Origin: an uncultured Eubacteriales bacterium
Lineage (GTDB): Bacteria > Bacillota > Clostridia > Oscillospirales > Oscillospiraceae
Assembly (NCBI GenBank): GCA_900547405.1
Contig: URGL01000002.1
Coordinates: 16,563-80,562 of the forward strand
Reading direction: 5' to 3'
Length of the DNA stretch: 64,000 nt
Below, piece after piece: positions 46,916-56,414 of this stretch. Both the position numbers and the translations under genes were made by a program. Position 1 is the first letter of the stretch. Each line of letters opens with the position of its first letter. The notes below the pieces were generated by a model that did no database searches, had not been told where the DNA came from, and saw only the letters and a program-made list of their open reading frames with translations.

Positions 46916-48040
46916 TTAGCTTTCCACTGCTTGCTTCAGAAATATAATACCTTTGTTTCTTTCCAGATCTAGAATCTCGTTGACCCGCTTTTTATCGATT
47001 TTTGTATCTATAACAGACAAATCCCGATAGTCCCGAAGCAAGCGATGATTTGTATCCGTTAAACGTAGAATACTCTCAATTCTCGTACCGAAACGAGGAG
47101 GGAGAATACTGATAAAATCCGTTCCCAGGTTTAGAGAAAATGCAGTTGCGTGAAAAGAATCTGTCAGGACGCACTGTGCATTTTCTATATATCCCAACAG
47201 CTTTTCAACACTTGGGCTGACAACGCACTTACCATATGGCTGTTTTTGGGGAAGCGAAAACCCAATGCGGATGATGTGCCACTGCTTCTTCTTGGCCAAT
47301 CTAACAGCATAGTCATCCATATCTCGATTTTCATTAAGCTGATAAATCAGCAAATAGGGCTTGCTTTCTACAGGCCGTTTTGCAATTGCGATCCACTGTT
47401 CTCTATTCAGCATAAGCGTAGGATCAAGAATCAACTGCGCAGGAATACCATATTGAGCCAGCAGTGTTACTGCGCTTTCTTCTCGAACAGAAATGGCATG
47501 ATATTTTTTCAAAAGCGATACTGTTTCCTCTACCTCTTCTGGGAAGAATTCTGTGCGGCCGATACTGGCAGAAAATGCAATTCGTTTTTTCCCGGGAGGC
47601 GCGTAATCAAGGAAGTAAGGACGCTCAATTCCATGGTTCCAGACACTGTTCCACACCTGGTCACTGCCTGTCATGTAGACATCGCCATCCGGAACATCGA
47701 GCAGCAAATCCTCCATGGAATAGTATGGGTGTGGTGTGAGCTTTACTCGTCTATGTATGAACTCTCGCATCGGCTTTCGCTTCCGATAGAGCATATAGCG
47801 AAGAGGGATACGTATCAAGGACTCTGTGAAACTGTTTAATCCCCAAATACGCTTGTATTTTTGCATTTGAGGGCTTTGCAAAGCCTTATCCACCGCACCT
47901 TCACCGCAGTTATCGTGTCTCCAATAATCCACTATTTCTACATCATAGCCCAATTCAGATAAAACTTGTTGTGTTGCGTAGGTCTGCAGAGCAGATCCAT
48001 AATTGTTTACTGTGTGCAATGTTATGACGCTGATTTTCAT
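46916..48040 (-). CDS. polysaccharide pyruvyl transferase (paralog)
   Basis: MKISVITLHTVNNYGSALQTYAT...DSFHATAFSLNLG; paralogous to 44522-45649. Confidence 0.8.
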   Translation of the reverse strand: MKISVITLHTVNNYGSALQTYATQQVLSELGYDVEIVDYWRHDNCGEGAVDKALQSPQMQKYKRIWGLNSFTESLIRIPLRYMLYRKRKPMREFIHRRVKLTPHPYYSMEDLLLDVPDGDVYMTGSDQVWNSVWNHGIERPYFLDYAPPGKKRIAFSASIGRTEFFPEEVEETVSLLKKYHAISVREESAVTLLAQYGIPAQLILDPTLMLNREQWIAIAKRPVESKPYLLIYQLNENRDMDDYAVRLAKKKQWHIIRIGFSLPQKQPYGKCVVSPSVEKLLGYIENAQCVLTDSFHATAFSLNLGTDFISILPPRFGTRIESILRLTDTNHRLLRDYRDLSVIDTKIDKKRVNEILDLERNKGIIFLKQAVES

Positions 48041-48078
48041 AAGTTCTCCTAATTTGGTATACCATCACCTATAGGCTC

Positions 48079-49047
48079 TTATCTGTGTTCTGTCCGAGCA
48101 ATTACGGCGCGATAGAGTGGCAAAGTCCAGCAAAAGCTCAAGGCTTGCAACTTTTTAATCTTCGGTATATCGGGATTTTTAAGAACAGACGGCAAGTATT
48201 TGCGAGCTATTTTCTTTAAATGCCGAAGCATCTCCGGGGGACACGGCTGTCCACTACGGACATACGCAGTATAAATGCCCATGTGAGAAAAAGCACATGC
48301 TGTCTTTGCCGCAAAAGCAATATCTGGATAGTTCTGTTCAAAAAATTTCAGTTGTACAAGAGAGGCATCCATTGGCGCAAGATTTATATTTTTATTTCTT
48401 GAAATGCTGTTAGGACGCTGGATATAGTGGTAATATGGAGTTGAATCATATACGATTTTATGGGCTCTAGCTATGATCTGATGCATGAGATAGTAGTCTT
48501 CACATTTTTTCCCAAAGGGGAAACGAAGAATGGGTTTAGCATCAAACAGGTTACAACGAAACAGCACATTCCATACGCTCATATTAAAGTATTGGTATGA
48601 ATTTAGTGCTCTTAATGCTCCCGTGGTATCCCATTCCTTTAGCACACCGGTTGCACGAAATGTAGATTTCTCGCCGTTCTCTTTTTCAACCCATACACCA
48701 CAGATAGAAATATCAGCATTGTATTTTTCAAGGTTTTGAAATAAGGTCTCATACATATCTGGATCAATATAATCATCAGAATCTACAAATGTAATCCAAG
48801 GGGTGTCTGCTGTATCGATTCCGGTATTTCTGGCGGCGGATAATCCCTGATTTGATTGATGAATTACCTGAATTGTTTCATCCCTTTCAGCATATTCATC
48901 ACAAATAATTCCGCTGTTATCGGTTGATCCGTCATCGACCAGTATGATTTTTTGCGCCTTTATGGTTTGTGCAAGTACAGACTCAATACAACGCGGAAGA
49001 TAGAATTCAACATTATATACAGGAATGACAACTGTGTATTCTCTCAT
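48079..49047 (-). CDS. glycosyltransferase family 2
   Basis: VVIPVYNVEFYLPRCIESV...VDDGSTDNS...DSDDY motifs. Confidence 0.8.
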   Translation of the reverse strand: MREYTVVIPVYNVEFYLPRCIESVLAQTIKAQKIILVDDGSTDNSGIICDEYAERDETIQVIHQSNQGLSAARNTGIDTADTPWITFVDSDDYIDPDMYETLFQNLEKYNADISICGVWVEKENGEKSTFRATGVLKEWDTTGALRALNSYQYFNMSVWNVLFRCNLFDAKPILRFPFGKKCEDYYLMHQIIARAHKIVYDSTPYYHYIQRPNSISRNKNINLAPMDASLVQLKFFEQNYPDIAFAAKTACAFSHMGIYTAYVRSGQPCPPEMLRHLKKIARKYLPSVLKNPDIPKIKKLQALSFCWTLPLYRAVIARTEHR

Positions 49048-49057
49048 ATTAAACCCC

Positions 49058-50110
49058 TTAGTAAATTGAAAATATAGTTTGATATGGCAGCACATTATTG
49101 CCATTTTTTACACCAATCGTGTACGATGCATACAGAAAATACAGAAATACGATCAGTAAACTCAACAAAACTCGATTGTTTCTGTTTCGAATATTTCGAA
49201 TTGCCATTGGAATCAGGATAATTGCTTGTATTCCAAACATCCAGCGGATTCGACTAATCAAAGCAACTTTACCTGTTAATGAAGCAATCCACAACGCAAC
49301 TACTTGAAAGTTGTAATATTGTGAATATTGCGAGTTATCTGAATAACAGATGGACGCAAAAAGAACAAGCACGATATTGAGAGCAAGCACAACCCAGCCT
49401 TGCTCTGCGCTATCAAATCTTGAGCCTTGATATATTGAGTAAGATGTCAACTGAACCAGCCGGTTAAGTAGCGAACCAAGAGACTGTCCGAGAATAAAGA
49501 TACACACTGTAATGATTGCAATCCATTTTGGACGGATGTGCAAATCCGGCAACCAATATGTTAAAATAAACAAGATGCAAGACGTATGAAACAGGGAGGC
49601 AACCCCTACAACTGCCGCAAATCTCCAGAACTTTTTTTCGCGGGAATATGGAAGAGACATTAACAAAATGGCACATCCAACCATTTGACGCATTGTGTTC
49701 AGGAATATAAAATAATAGGTCATTGCGACCAAAAGGTAGATGCTGAGCAACGGATAAGGGGAATCTGTAAAAATTCGATAGTAAACAAGAGTAAGGAATA
49801 TGACGGCACAAATCGCAAAGACCCACGGATAATCACCATGCAACCGGATAACAACGACATTGATCAGGTGATACAGTGGCTCCAATTTCTGATAAACGAT
49901 TCCCCTTTGTAGACGCAAAAAATAGGGAACATACGTATAGAGATAGTCTTGTCCAACGTCATAACGGATAGACGCAATAAAAATCAATGGAAGCGCTGAA
50001 AAAAAGCTCAATTTAAGATAATATGCTGCGTTTGTTCGCCTATGTGCTACTTTTAGGCCGAATGCAGCAAATGCGACAGAACAAATACAGGCAGTCCAGT
50101 ATATCAGCAT
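49058..50110 (-). CDS. EpsG-family polysaccharide polymerase (Wzy-like)
   Basis: 350 aa, ~10 TM, EpsG-type topology and composition; low GC. Confidence 0.65.
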   Translation of the reverse strand: MLIYWTACICSVAFAAFGLKVAHRRTNAAYYLKLSFFSALPLIFIASIRYDVGQDYLYTYVPYFLRLQRGIVYQKLEPLYHLINVVVIRLHGDYPWVFAICAVIFLTLVYYRIFTDSPYPLLSIYLLVAMTYYFIFLNTMRQMVGCAILLMSLPYSREKKFWRFAAVVGVASLFHTSCILFILTYWLPDLHIRPKWIAIITVCIFILGQSLGSLLNRLVQLTSYSIYQGSRFDSAEQGWVVLALNIVLVLFASICYSDNSQYSQYYNFQVVALWIASLTGKVALISRIRWMFGIQAIILIPMAIRNIRNRNNRVLLSLLIVFLYFLYASYTIGVKNGNNVLPYQTIFSIY

Positions 50111-51219
50111 ATTACCTCCGGCATTAGCTCCTTATATCGATTTTCCATGTTTTGGGCTGCGTGCCTAACATCGAAAATATCCGTTATCGGCCTTACTACA
50201 TCCCTATGCGTATTGACTTTAGCGGTGGACAATACATCAATCCACGTTGTAACATCTTTGTCTGAAATTCCGACAAAGTGTACCGAATCTGTTATTTTCA
50301 CTTCTTTTGTGATTTTATCTGATAGTACACATGGCAATCCAGAATACTGCGCTTCAATTCCTGTTACTGGTAGCCCCTCAAATACAGATGGAAGAACAAA
50401 CACATCCATAGCCTGATAGTATTTTTCCACATCTTTATGGACGCCCGCAAAAATAATTGCTTCTTCAATATGAAGTTCATGCGACATTTTTTGAATTTCC
50501 TCAAAAAGTTCGCCATCACCTAGCAAAAGTAGTCGTGCCTCGGGACGTCTATCCAAAACACCTTTGAAAATCCGAAGCAAGTACTCATGATTTTTCTGTA
50601 AATTGAAGCGGCCCACATGACCTATGACATAATTGTTCTCCAGTCCTAATTCTTCACGTAAGCGATTGCGAACATCAGAATCAAAGGAAAAACGTTCTAC
50701 ATCTATTCCATTCGGAACAAATTCGAAAGGACTGTTTCCATATAAATATTTTCCAGCTTCGGTCGAACAAGCAAGTCGAATATTAGCATTCCATTTTGTG
50801 GTGCGGAAGAGCAGGTATTTAGCAATTCCTTTTGGTGTATGCAAAAATCCAGCGCCGTGACTGTGGGCAATTCTAAAAGGGACACCATATTGTTTGGCGA
50901 CACCGAGATAAAAGACAGCAAGACTGCTCAAATGGCCATGAACAATTTTATATTCTTTGTGTTCAGCAAAAAATCTGCGAAGAGCAACAATGTATTTAAA
51001 AACATTCTTATCGTCTAATACTGAAAAATGGTATACCTTCCCTCCTAGCTCCTCAATTTCTTGTTCGTAAAGGCCGATAACTGCATGGTGAACAAGAAAA
51101 TCAAATTGGACCTTCGACCTATCGATTGCTCGATACAGGTTCATTATGTAATTTTCCATTCCGCCAGCATTCATCCATGCTACGACTTGCAAAACTCTGA
51201 TTGGTTTCTTGTTATTCAT
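50104..51219 (-). CDS. glycosyltransferase family 4 (GT-B)
   Basis: 371 aa; N-terminal glycos_transf_4 region and C-terminal GT1 E-x7-E-like region (FVLPSVFEGLPVTGIEA). Confidence 0.8.
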   Translation of the reverse strand: MNNKKPIRVLQVVAWMNAGGMENYIMNLYRAIDRSKVQFDFLVHHAVIGLYEQEIEELGGKVYHFSVLDDKNVFKYIVALRRFFAEHKEYKIVHGHLSSLAVFYLGVAKQYGVPFRIAHSHGAGFLHTPKGIAKYLLFRTTKWNANIRLACSTEAGKYLYGNSPFEFVPNGIDVERFSFDSDVRNRLREELGLENNYVIGHVGRFNLQKNHEYLLRIFKGVLDRRPEARLLLLGDGELFEEIQKMSHELHIEEAIIFAGVHKDVEKYYQAMDVFVLPSVFEGLPVTGIEAQYSGLPCVLSDKITKEVKITDSVHFVGISDKDVTTWIDVLSTAKVNTHRDVVRPITDIFDVRHAAQNMENRYKELMPEVIC

Positions 51220-51296
51220 TTCGCACTAATGACGCCTTTCTTTAAAGCATTTGTCTCAGTATAATGTAAAACGTCCACATGTCATTCTAAAAAGCG

Positions 51297-52130
51297 TTAT
51301 TTTCTCAAAAAATGCCTGTAGATGTAGTCTCTTACTGTGTTTGGCAGAAGGCACACAACAGCATGTGGAACAAAGGACTTCAGAAATTCAAAATAGGTAA
51401 CATACCCAACCGTATATTGTTCCTTCTTAAACCGATAAATACTTTTTAGGTATTTCACGCCACCCCTGCGTTTGTAGAAGTCATCGCTAATCCTCATGTA
51501 TGTCAGGAATTCCTGAATGTTATAACACTTGCAACCACTCCGAATCATCCGCACCCACATATCGTAGTCCTCAAATAGGTAATACTCCCGGTAGTTGCCA
51601 GCTGCGAGTACTGCGGATTTTTTGAAAACAATACTTGGGTGTCGGAATGGGTTCCTTTTTTTTGAAAATGCCTGAATCTCGTCATGTGTTTCGGGCAAAA
51701 CAACTTTGGACACGCAATTGTCAGGGGAATCAATAAACTCAATAACATTCGTCCCAACCATGCCCAAAGTTGGATCCTGCTGAAACATATCTAATTCCTT
51801 TTCAATTCGATTGGGTTCGCAGTAATCGTCCGAATCCATTCTCGCTATGAATTCGTTCGAACACTTTTCAATACCAAGACGAAGCGCAGGACCAAGGCCA
51901 CCATTTTTATTAAGCGCAACAATCTTAAAGACATTGGGATACTGTGATTTATACTGCTCAGCCACCGAATCCAACTCCGGCGTTAATGGACCATCCTCAA
52001 TTAAGATGAATTCAGCCGGTTGGACAGTTTGCGCAAAAATACTGGCTATACTAGAACGGAACCACTCTGGATTCTCTTTATAATAGACAGACATCAATAC
52101 GCTGTATTTTGGATAATTTATACTATTCAT
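51297..52130 (-). CDS. glycosyltransferase family 2
   Basis: YSVLMSVYYKENPEWF...LIEDGPLT...DSDDY motifs. Confidence 0.8.
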   Translation of the reverse strand: MNSINYPKYSVLMSVYYKENPEWFRSSIASIFAQTVQPAEFILIEDGPLTPELDSVAEQYKSQYPNVFKIVALNKNGGLGPALRLGIEKCSNEFIARMDSDDYCEPNRIEKELDMFQQDPTLGMVGTNVIEFIDSPDNCVSKVVLPETHDEIQAFSKKRNPFRHPSIVFKKSAVLAAGNYREYYLFEDYDMWVRMIRSGCKCYNIQEFLTYMRISDDFYKRRGGVKYLKSIYRFKKEQYTVGYVTYFEFLKSFVPHAVVCLLPNTVRDYIYRHFLRK

Positions 52131-52139
52131 CTTATCACC

Positions 52140-53636
52140 TCACTTTGCCCCATCCCGCTTCAAGATAGCCGCCGCCGTCTTCACCACCGTCAGCGCATCC
52201 ATCCACAGCGAGCAATTCTTCACATAATAATACTCCAGCTCCAGCCGCTCGTCATAGGTGGTGTTGCTCCGCCCGTTGCAGCCCCACCAGCCGGTGATGC
52301 CGGGCTTGACCTGGTTATAGAGCTGCAAGCCGCCGTGCTGCTCCAGCTCTCCGGGGACCAGGGGCCGGGGGCCGATGACGGACATATCGCCCTTGAGGAC
52401 GTTGATAAACTGGGGCACCTCGTCCAGGCTGGTCTTGCGGAGGAACCCGCCCATCTTGGTGATGCGGGGGTCGTGCTCGAACTTCTGGTTCTCGGCCCAC
52501 TCCTTGGCGTAGCCGGGGTCCTTCAGCATTTCCTCCAGGATGTCCCCGGCGTTCCAGACCATGGAGCGGAACTTGATGAGCTGGAAGGGCTGGCCGTTGA
52601 GGCCCACCCGGGTCTGGGTGTAGAAGATAGGCTTTCTGTCCCCGCCGAGGAGGAAGGAGACCTTCACGATCAGCATCAGGGGCAGCAGGGCGATGAGGCC
52701 GATGAGGCCGAAGACGATGTCCATAAAGCGCTTCACCACCATATAGATCATCTGCTTGCCGGTGAAGGAGTAGACCCCCAGGCCCAAGGCCTTGTAGGTG
52801 CCCACGGTGGTGATGAACTGGTTGTCCGTCTGGATGCCAATCATGGGCCGGATGCTCAGGTGGATGCTCTTGCCGTTGTCGATGAGGGCCTGGTAAGTTT
52901 CCGGAGGCAGCTCCGAGGGCTTGGTGCCCACAAAGAGCTCCTCGATGTGGTTCTTCAGAATGTAGTCCACAATGCCGTCAACGCCTGTGGAGTTGGTGAA
53001 GGTCTCGTAGGTCTCCTTCACCCGGCCCAGGGCGTCGGTCAGGTCGATGCGGGCGGTGACGGTCTCTCCGGGGGTGCCGTCCAGGATGCAGATGCCCTTG
53101 ACGGCGTACTCCTTGAAAAAGCCGGAGTTGATACTGCGCAGCAGCTGGGGCATATCTGCCCAGTAGCCAAGGACGAAGATGCTCTTCTCTGCCGTGGCTA
53201 CGGAGGTGGCCTTGCCGGAACGGAGCAGGTCTTTCCACAGCAGCCGCAGGCTCAGAGAAATGACCAGGTAGAAGCCGTAGGTCAGCAGCACCACCGCCCG
53301 GGAGTAGGTGCCGCCGATTTTCAGTATGTACAGCAGGATGGCGCACAGGACGAAGTTATAGCCCGCCTGCCGGAAGGTACACAGCAGCTCCTCGCTGCCG
53401 TTCCGCCGGAAAATGCCGGAGAAGGGGCTGGTAAACAGGATCAGCACCAGGTCCATCAGCAGCTCGATGGTCAGCACGCTCCGCCAGCCGGAGTCCCGCA
53501 GGAAGCCCAGGCTCCCGAATCGGGCCAGATAGGCCAGGGTGAAGGAAACAAACAGCGCCAGCACATCCAGCACCATGAAATCCAGGTGCTTCAGCCAGCT
53601 GTATTTCCCTTTGATATGTCGTGTGCGCATACTCAT
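52140..53636 (-). CDS. priming polyprenyl-phosphate hexose-1-phosphate transferase (WbaP/CpsE-like bacterial sugar transferase)
   Basis: ~499 aa; 4-5 N-terminal TM, C-terminal sugar-transferase domain (KRFMDIVFGLIGL...PLVPGELE...KPGITGWW). Start ATG 53636 has a GGAGAG SD. Confidence 0.85.
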   Translation of the reverse strand: MSMRTRHIKGKYSWLKHLDFMVLDVLALFVSFTLAYLARFGSLGFLRDSGWRSVLTIELLMDLVLILFTSPFSGIFRRNGSEELLCTFRQAGYNFVLCAILLYILKIGGTYSRAVVLLTYGFYLVISLSLRLLWKDLLRSGKATSVATAEKSIFVLGYWADMPQLLRSINSGFFKEYAVKGICILDGTPGETVTARIDLTDALGRVKETYETFTNSTGVDGIVDYILKNHIEELFVGTKPSELPPETYQALIDNGKSIHLSIRPMIGIQTDNQFITTVGTYKALGLGVYSFTGKQMIYMVVKRFMDIVFGLIGLIALLPLMLIVKVSFLLGGDRKPIFYTQTRVGLNGQPFQLIKFRSMVWNAGDILEEMLKDPGYAKEWAENQKFEHDPRITKMGGFLRKTSLDEVPQFINVLKGDMSVIGPRPLVPGELEQHGGLQLYNQVKPGITGWWGCNGRSNTTYDERLELEYYYVKNCSLWMDALTVVKTAAAILKRDGAK

Positions 53637-54052
53637 TCGTTTTCTCTCCATTTCTTCCATACTCCCCAGGACAGGAGAATTCCCGCCCCGTAGCCCAGAA
53701 GATCCATGGGCAGGTCCAGCAGGTCAAAATGCCGGACGGGGATCAAAGCCTTCAGCGTCTGATCCGCCAGGGATACCAGCAGACAGGCAGCAAAGGCCCA
53801 ATAGACATTTCTTCGAGAGGGAACCGTCACTTTCAGCGCAGGATACATGGCGCAGCCCAGAAGAAAATACTCCGGTATGTGGCCCAGGCGCCGGGCATTG
53901 GCGGTAATCCACCGGGCCGCCCCGCTGCCCTCCGGCACCAGCCCCAAAAGCAGGTTCCGAAACCATCCCGACAGGGCCATAGAGCCCTGAGGTGATTGCA
54001 GCGTCAGCCCAATGATTCCAGCCAAGGCCCCTACCACCAGGGCCCAAACCAC
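53633..54052 (-). CDS. VanZ-family membrane protein
   Basis: 139 aa, 4 TM, VanZ-like C-terminal motif (RHFDLLDLPMD). Confidence 0.6.
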   Translation of the reverse strand: MVWALVVGALAGIIGLTLQSPQGSMALSGWFRNLLLGLVPEGSGAARWITANARRLGHIPEYFLLGCAMYPALKVTVPSRRNVYWAFAACLLVSLADQTLKALIPVRHFDLLDLPMDLLGYGAGILLSWGVWKKWRENE

Positions 54053-54077
54053 AAGTACCTTCCGTCTTCTGTCCGTG

Positions 54078-55469
54078 TTACCGTTCCTCTCTTCCGTCTC
54101 CCCGTCTCTCCGCCGTCACCTGCCCGGCGGCCACTCCTTCGGTGCTTTCCGGCTGGAAGAGGATCTTCACCGTGGCGAAGATGATCTTCAGGTCCGTGAC
54201 CATGTTCATGGAGCCGATATATTGCAGGTCCATCTGGAGCTTATTATAGGGAGTTGTGTTGTATTTGCCGTAAACCTGGGCGAGGCCCGTAAGGCCTGCC
54301 TTGGCCTGGAGCCGCAGGGCGAACTCCGGGAAATCCTGCTCATACTGCCTGGCGATCTCCGGACGCTCGGGGCGGGGGCCCACGATGGTCATGGTGCCGA
54401 GCAGGATGCAGAAAAGCTGGGGCATCTCGTCGATGCGCAGCATGCGGATGATTTTCCCCACAGGGGTGATGCGGTCGTCATTGGTCTGGGCCAGCCGGGC
54501 CACGCCGTCCTTTTCGGCGTCTACCCGCATACTGCGGAACTTGTAGACATAGAATTCCTTCCGGTCTTTGGTGAGCCGCAGCTGCTTATAGAGGACGGGG
54601 CCGCCGTCGTAGGCCTTGATGGCAATGGCCGTGACCAGCATAAAGGGGCTGAACACCACCAGGGCCAGAAGACTCAGGAGGATGTCCGTCAGCCGCTTGA
54701 CGGCCAGATACCCGATGGAGGGGCTGGACCGGTGGCACAGCAGCACCGGCAGACTGTCCAGCTGGAGGGACCTGGCCCCCTTGATGAGGAAGTCGCCGAT
54801 GTTGGGCCGGACGTAGGCCTCCACCCCCCGGTCGATGCAATACTTCACCAGGTCGTTGCGCAGACTGGAGGGGATGCCGCAGAGCATCACCGCCCGGGCC
54901 GACTGCGCCTCGATCTGACGGCACAGCTCCTGCCCCCCCTGCCGGGCATCCAGGCATCCCAGGATGCGGAAAACCCCCGGCAGACTCTTCAGGATGGCTT
55001 CGCCGTCCTCCTTGGCATCCTTGTTGTCATAGATCAGCAGGATGGTCCGCTTGGTCAGCAGCTTCGCCGTCAGCTTTTTCACGCCGTAGGCCCAGAGGGT
55101 GCCCACCAGAATGGACACCGCAATCAGGGCCAGCATAGGCCACAGGCTGGGCACGGCACGCATCAGCAGCGCCGTCACCAGATACATGATGGCGCTGCTC
55201 AGCACCGCCGAGACGGCGTGGGAATAGGCCAGCTCCCCGGGACCGTGGAAGGTCACGTCGAAGCCGCCGTAAAGCTGGGCAAAAATAGCGTACAGCACCG
55301 TAAACAGCAGGATGACGATCAGGTCGCCCTTGGCAAAGAAGGGGAAGATATACATCTTTTTCTTGTAGCAGCTGTACCACATGAGGGCAAACAGGGCCCC
55401 ATTCATCAGGGTCAGCACCAGGCTGAATCCGGTCATCAGCGCCTGGCGCTTCTGTTGACTGTTAAACAT
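54078..55469 (-). CDS. second priming polyprenyl glycosylphosphotransferase (EpsL/CpsE-like)
   Basis: 463 aa; TM N-domain plus bacterial sugar transferase C-domain (KRLTDILLSL...PRPERPE...KAGLTGLAQV). Confidence 0.85.
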   Translation of the reverse strand: MFNSQQKRQALMTGFSLVLTLMNGALFALMWYSCYKKKMYIFPFFAKGDLIVILLFTVLYAIFAQLYGGFDVTFHGPGELAYSHAVSAVLSSAIMYLVTALLMRAVPSLWPMLALIAVSILVGTLWAYGVKKLTAKLLTKRTILLIYDNKDAKEDGEAILKSLPGVFRILGCLDARQGGQELCRQIEAQSARAVMLCGIPSSLRNDLVKYCIDRGVEAYVRPNIGDFLIKGARSLQLDSLPVLLCHRSSPSIGYLAVKRLTDILLSLLALVVFSPFMLVTAIAIKAYDGGPVLYKQLRLTKDRKEFYVYKFRSMRVDAEKDGVARLAQTNDDRITPVGKIIRMLRIDEMPQLFCILLGTMTIVGPRPERPEIARQYEQDFPEFALRLQAKAGLTGLAQVYGKYNTTPYNKLQMDLQYIGSMNMVTDLKIIFATVKILFQPESTEGVAAGQVTAERRGDGREER

Positions 55470-55936
55470 CTATGTTCTCTCCAATCGGCCAAATTCCCCT
55501 TCCGGATTGCTACCTTATTTTATACTCTTTTCGCATGTCGTTTCAAGAATAAACGCGCAAAAAAACGCATAACCGAAATATTCTCTACTTTATACAACAG
55601 AGCACCGGGAAATTTAACCATTTTTTGTCAAACTCCCGGCAAGGGCATCCTGCCTCGGGGTATATCAAAGACATTCACGCATTATTATACCCAAAAACGC
55701 AGGAATTGCAATCTTTCTATGGAAAAATCCCCGGATTGGCGAAACTGCACCCCTTCCCTCCTATCCTAAAGAAAATGGGACCGGAGCCCCGCAGGATCCC
55801 GGTCCCGAGTCAGTGACCTGCGGCCGGCAGAGGCTTATCTCCGGTAAACTGACTCCCTGCAACCGGGAACGCATGCAAAATTCCCTGCGGCAAAATATGC
55901 TGCTTTGTGTTGCATTGTGTCTATTATAGTAAAGAT

Positions 55937-55982
55937 ATGTATTAAAGTCAATAGTAAATATCTTTACTTTGGTACACTTGTG
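55937..55982. promoter_or_regulatory. inverted repeat (gtaaagatat ... atatctttac) upstream of the XRE regulator gene; candidate operator
   Basis: tagtaaagatatgtattaaagtcaatagtaaatatctttacttt; an extended -10 (TGgTATCAT) and AGGAG SD follow. Confidence 0.35.
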
Positions 55983-56011
55983 GTATCATAACCACATAGG
56001 AGCTTAAACCC

Positions 56012-56263
56012 ATGAACACCTTTCTGGACCGTCTCCGAGGACTGCGGGAGGACAACGATTTGACCCAATCCCAGGTAGCCGCCTTCCTTGGTACCTCCCA
56101 GACCATGTACGCCAGGTATGAACGGGGCGCCAACGAAATGCCCCTCCGGCACCTGGTTGCCCTGTGCAGGCTCTACAATGTTTCCGCGGATTACCTTTTG
56201 GGCACCGCCCCGGACCCCAGACGGCGGCAGAAGCGGATCCCCAGGCCACTGGTGCGGCGCTAG
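56012..56263 (+). CDS. XRE-family HTH transcriptional regulator (small)
   Basis: 83 aa; LTQSQVAAFLGTSQTMYARYERG HTH. Confidence 0.75.
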   Translation: MNTFLDRLRGLREDNDLTQSQVAAFLGTSQTMYARYERGANEMPLRHLVALCRLYNVSADYLLGTAPDPRRRQKRIPRPLVRR

Positions 56264-56414
56264 GCCCTGTACATTAGGATAACCCTCCTCTCTTCTGAAA
56301 ACAATATGCTGGCTGCATAGTGTCTTACAAATTTTACATATTTTTTCTTCACTTTCCAATGAAACTATGCTATAGTAATGGCGTGTTTTCTCGAAACAGC
56401 AAAGGGAGGACGAT

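Noticed and set aside
52020-55769. 557 aa and 585 aa plus-strand ORFs antisense to the two priming sugar transferases
   Set aside because: High-GC antisense artefacts (Gly/Ala/Asp/Gln-rich) opposite conserved transferase domains.
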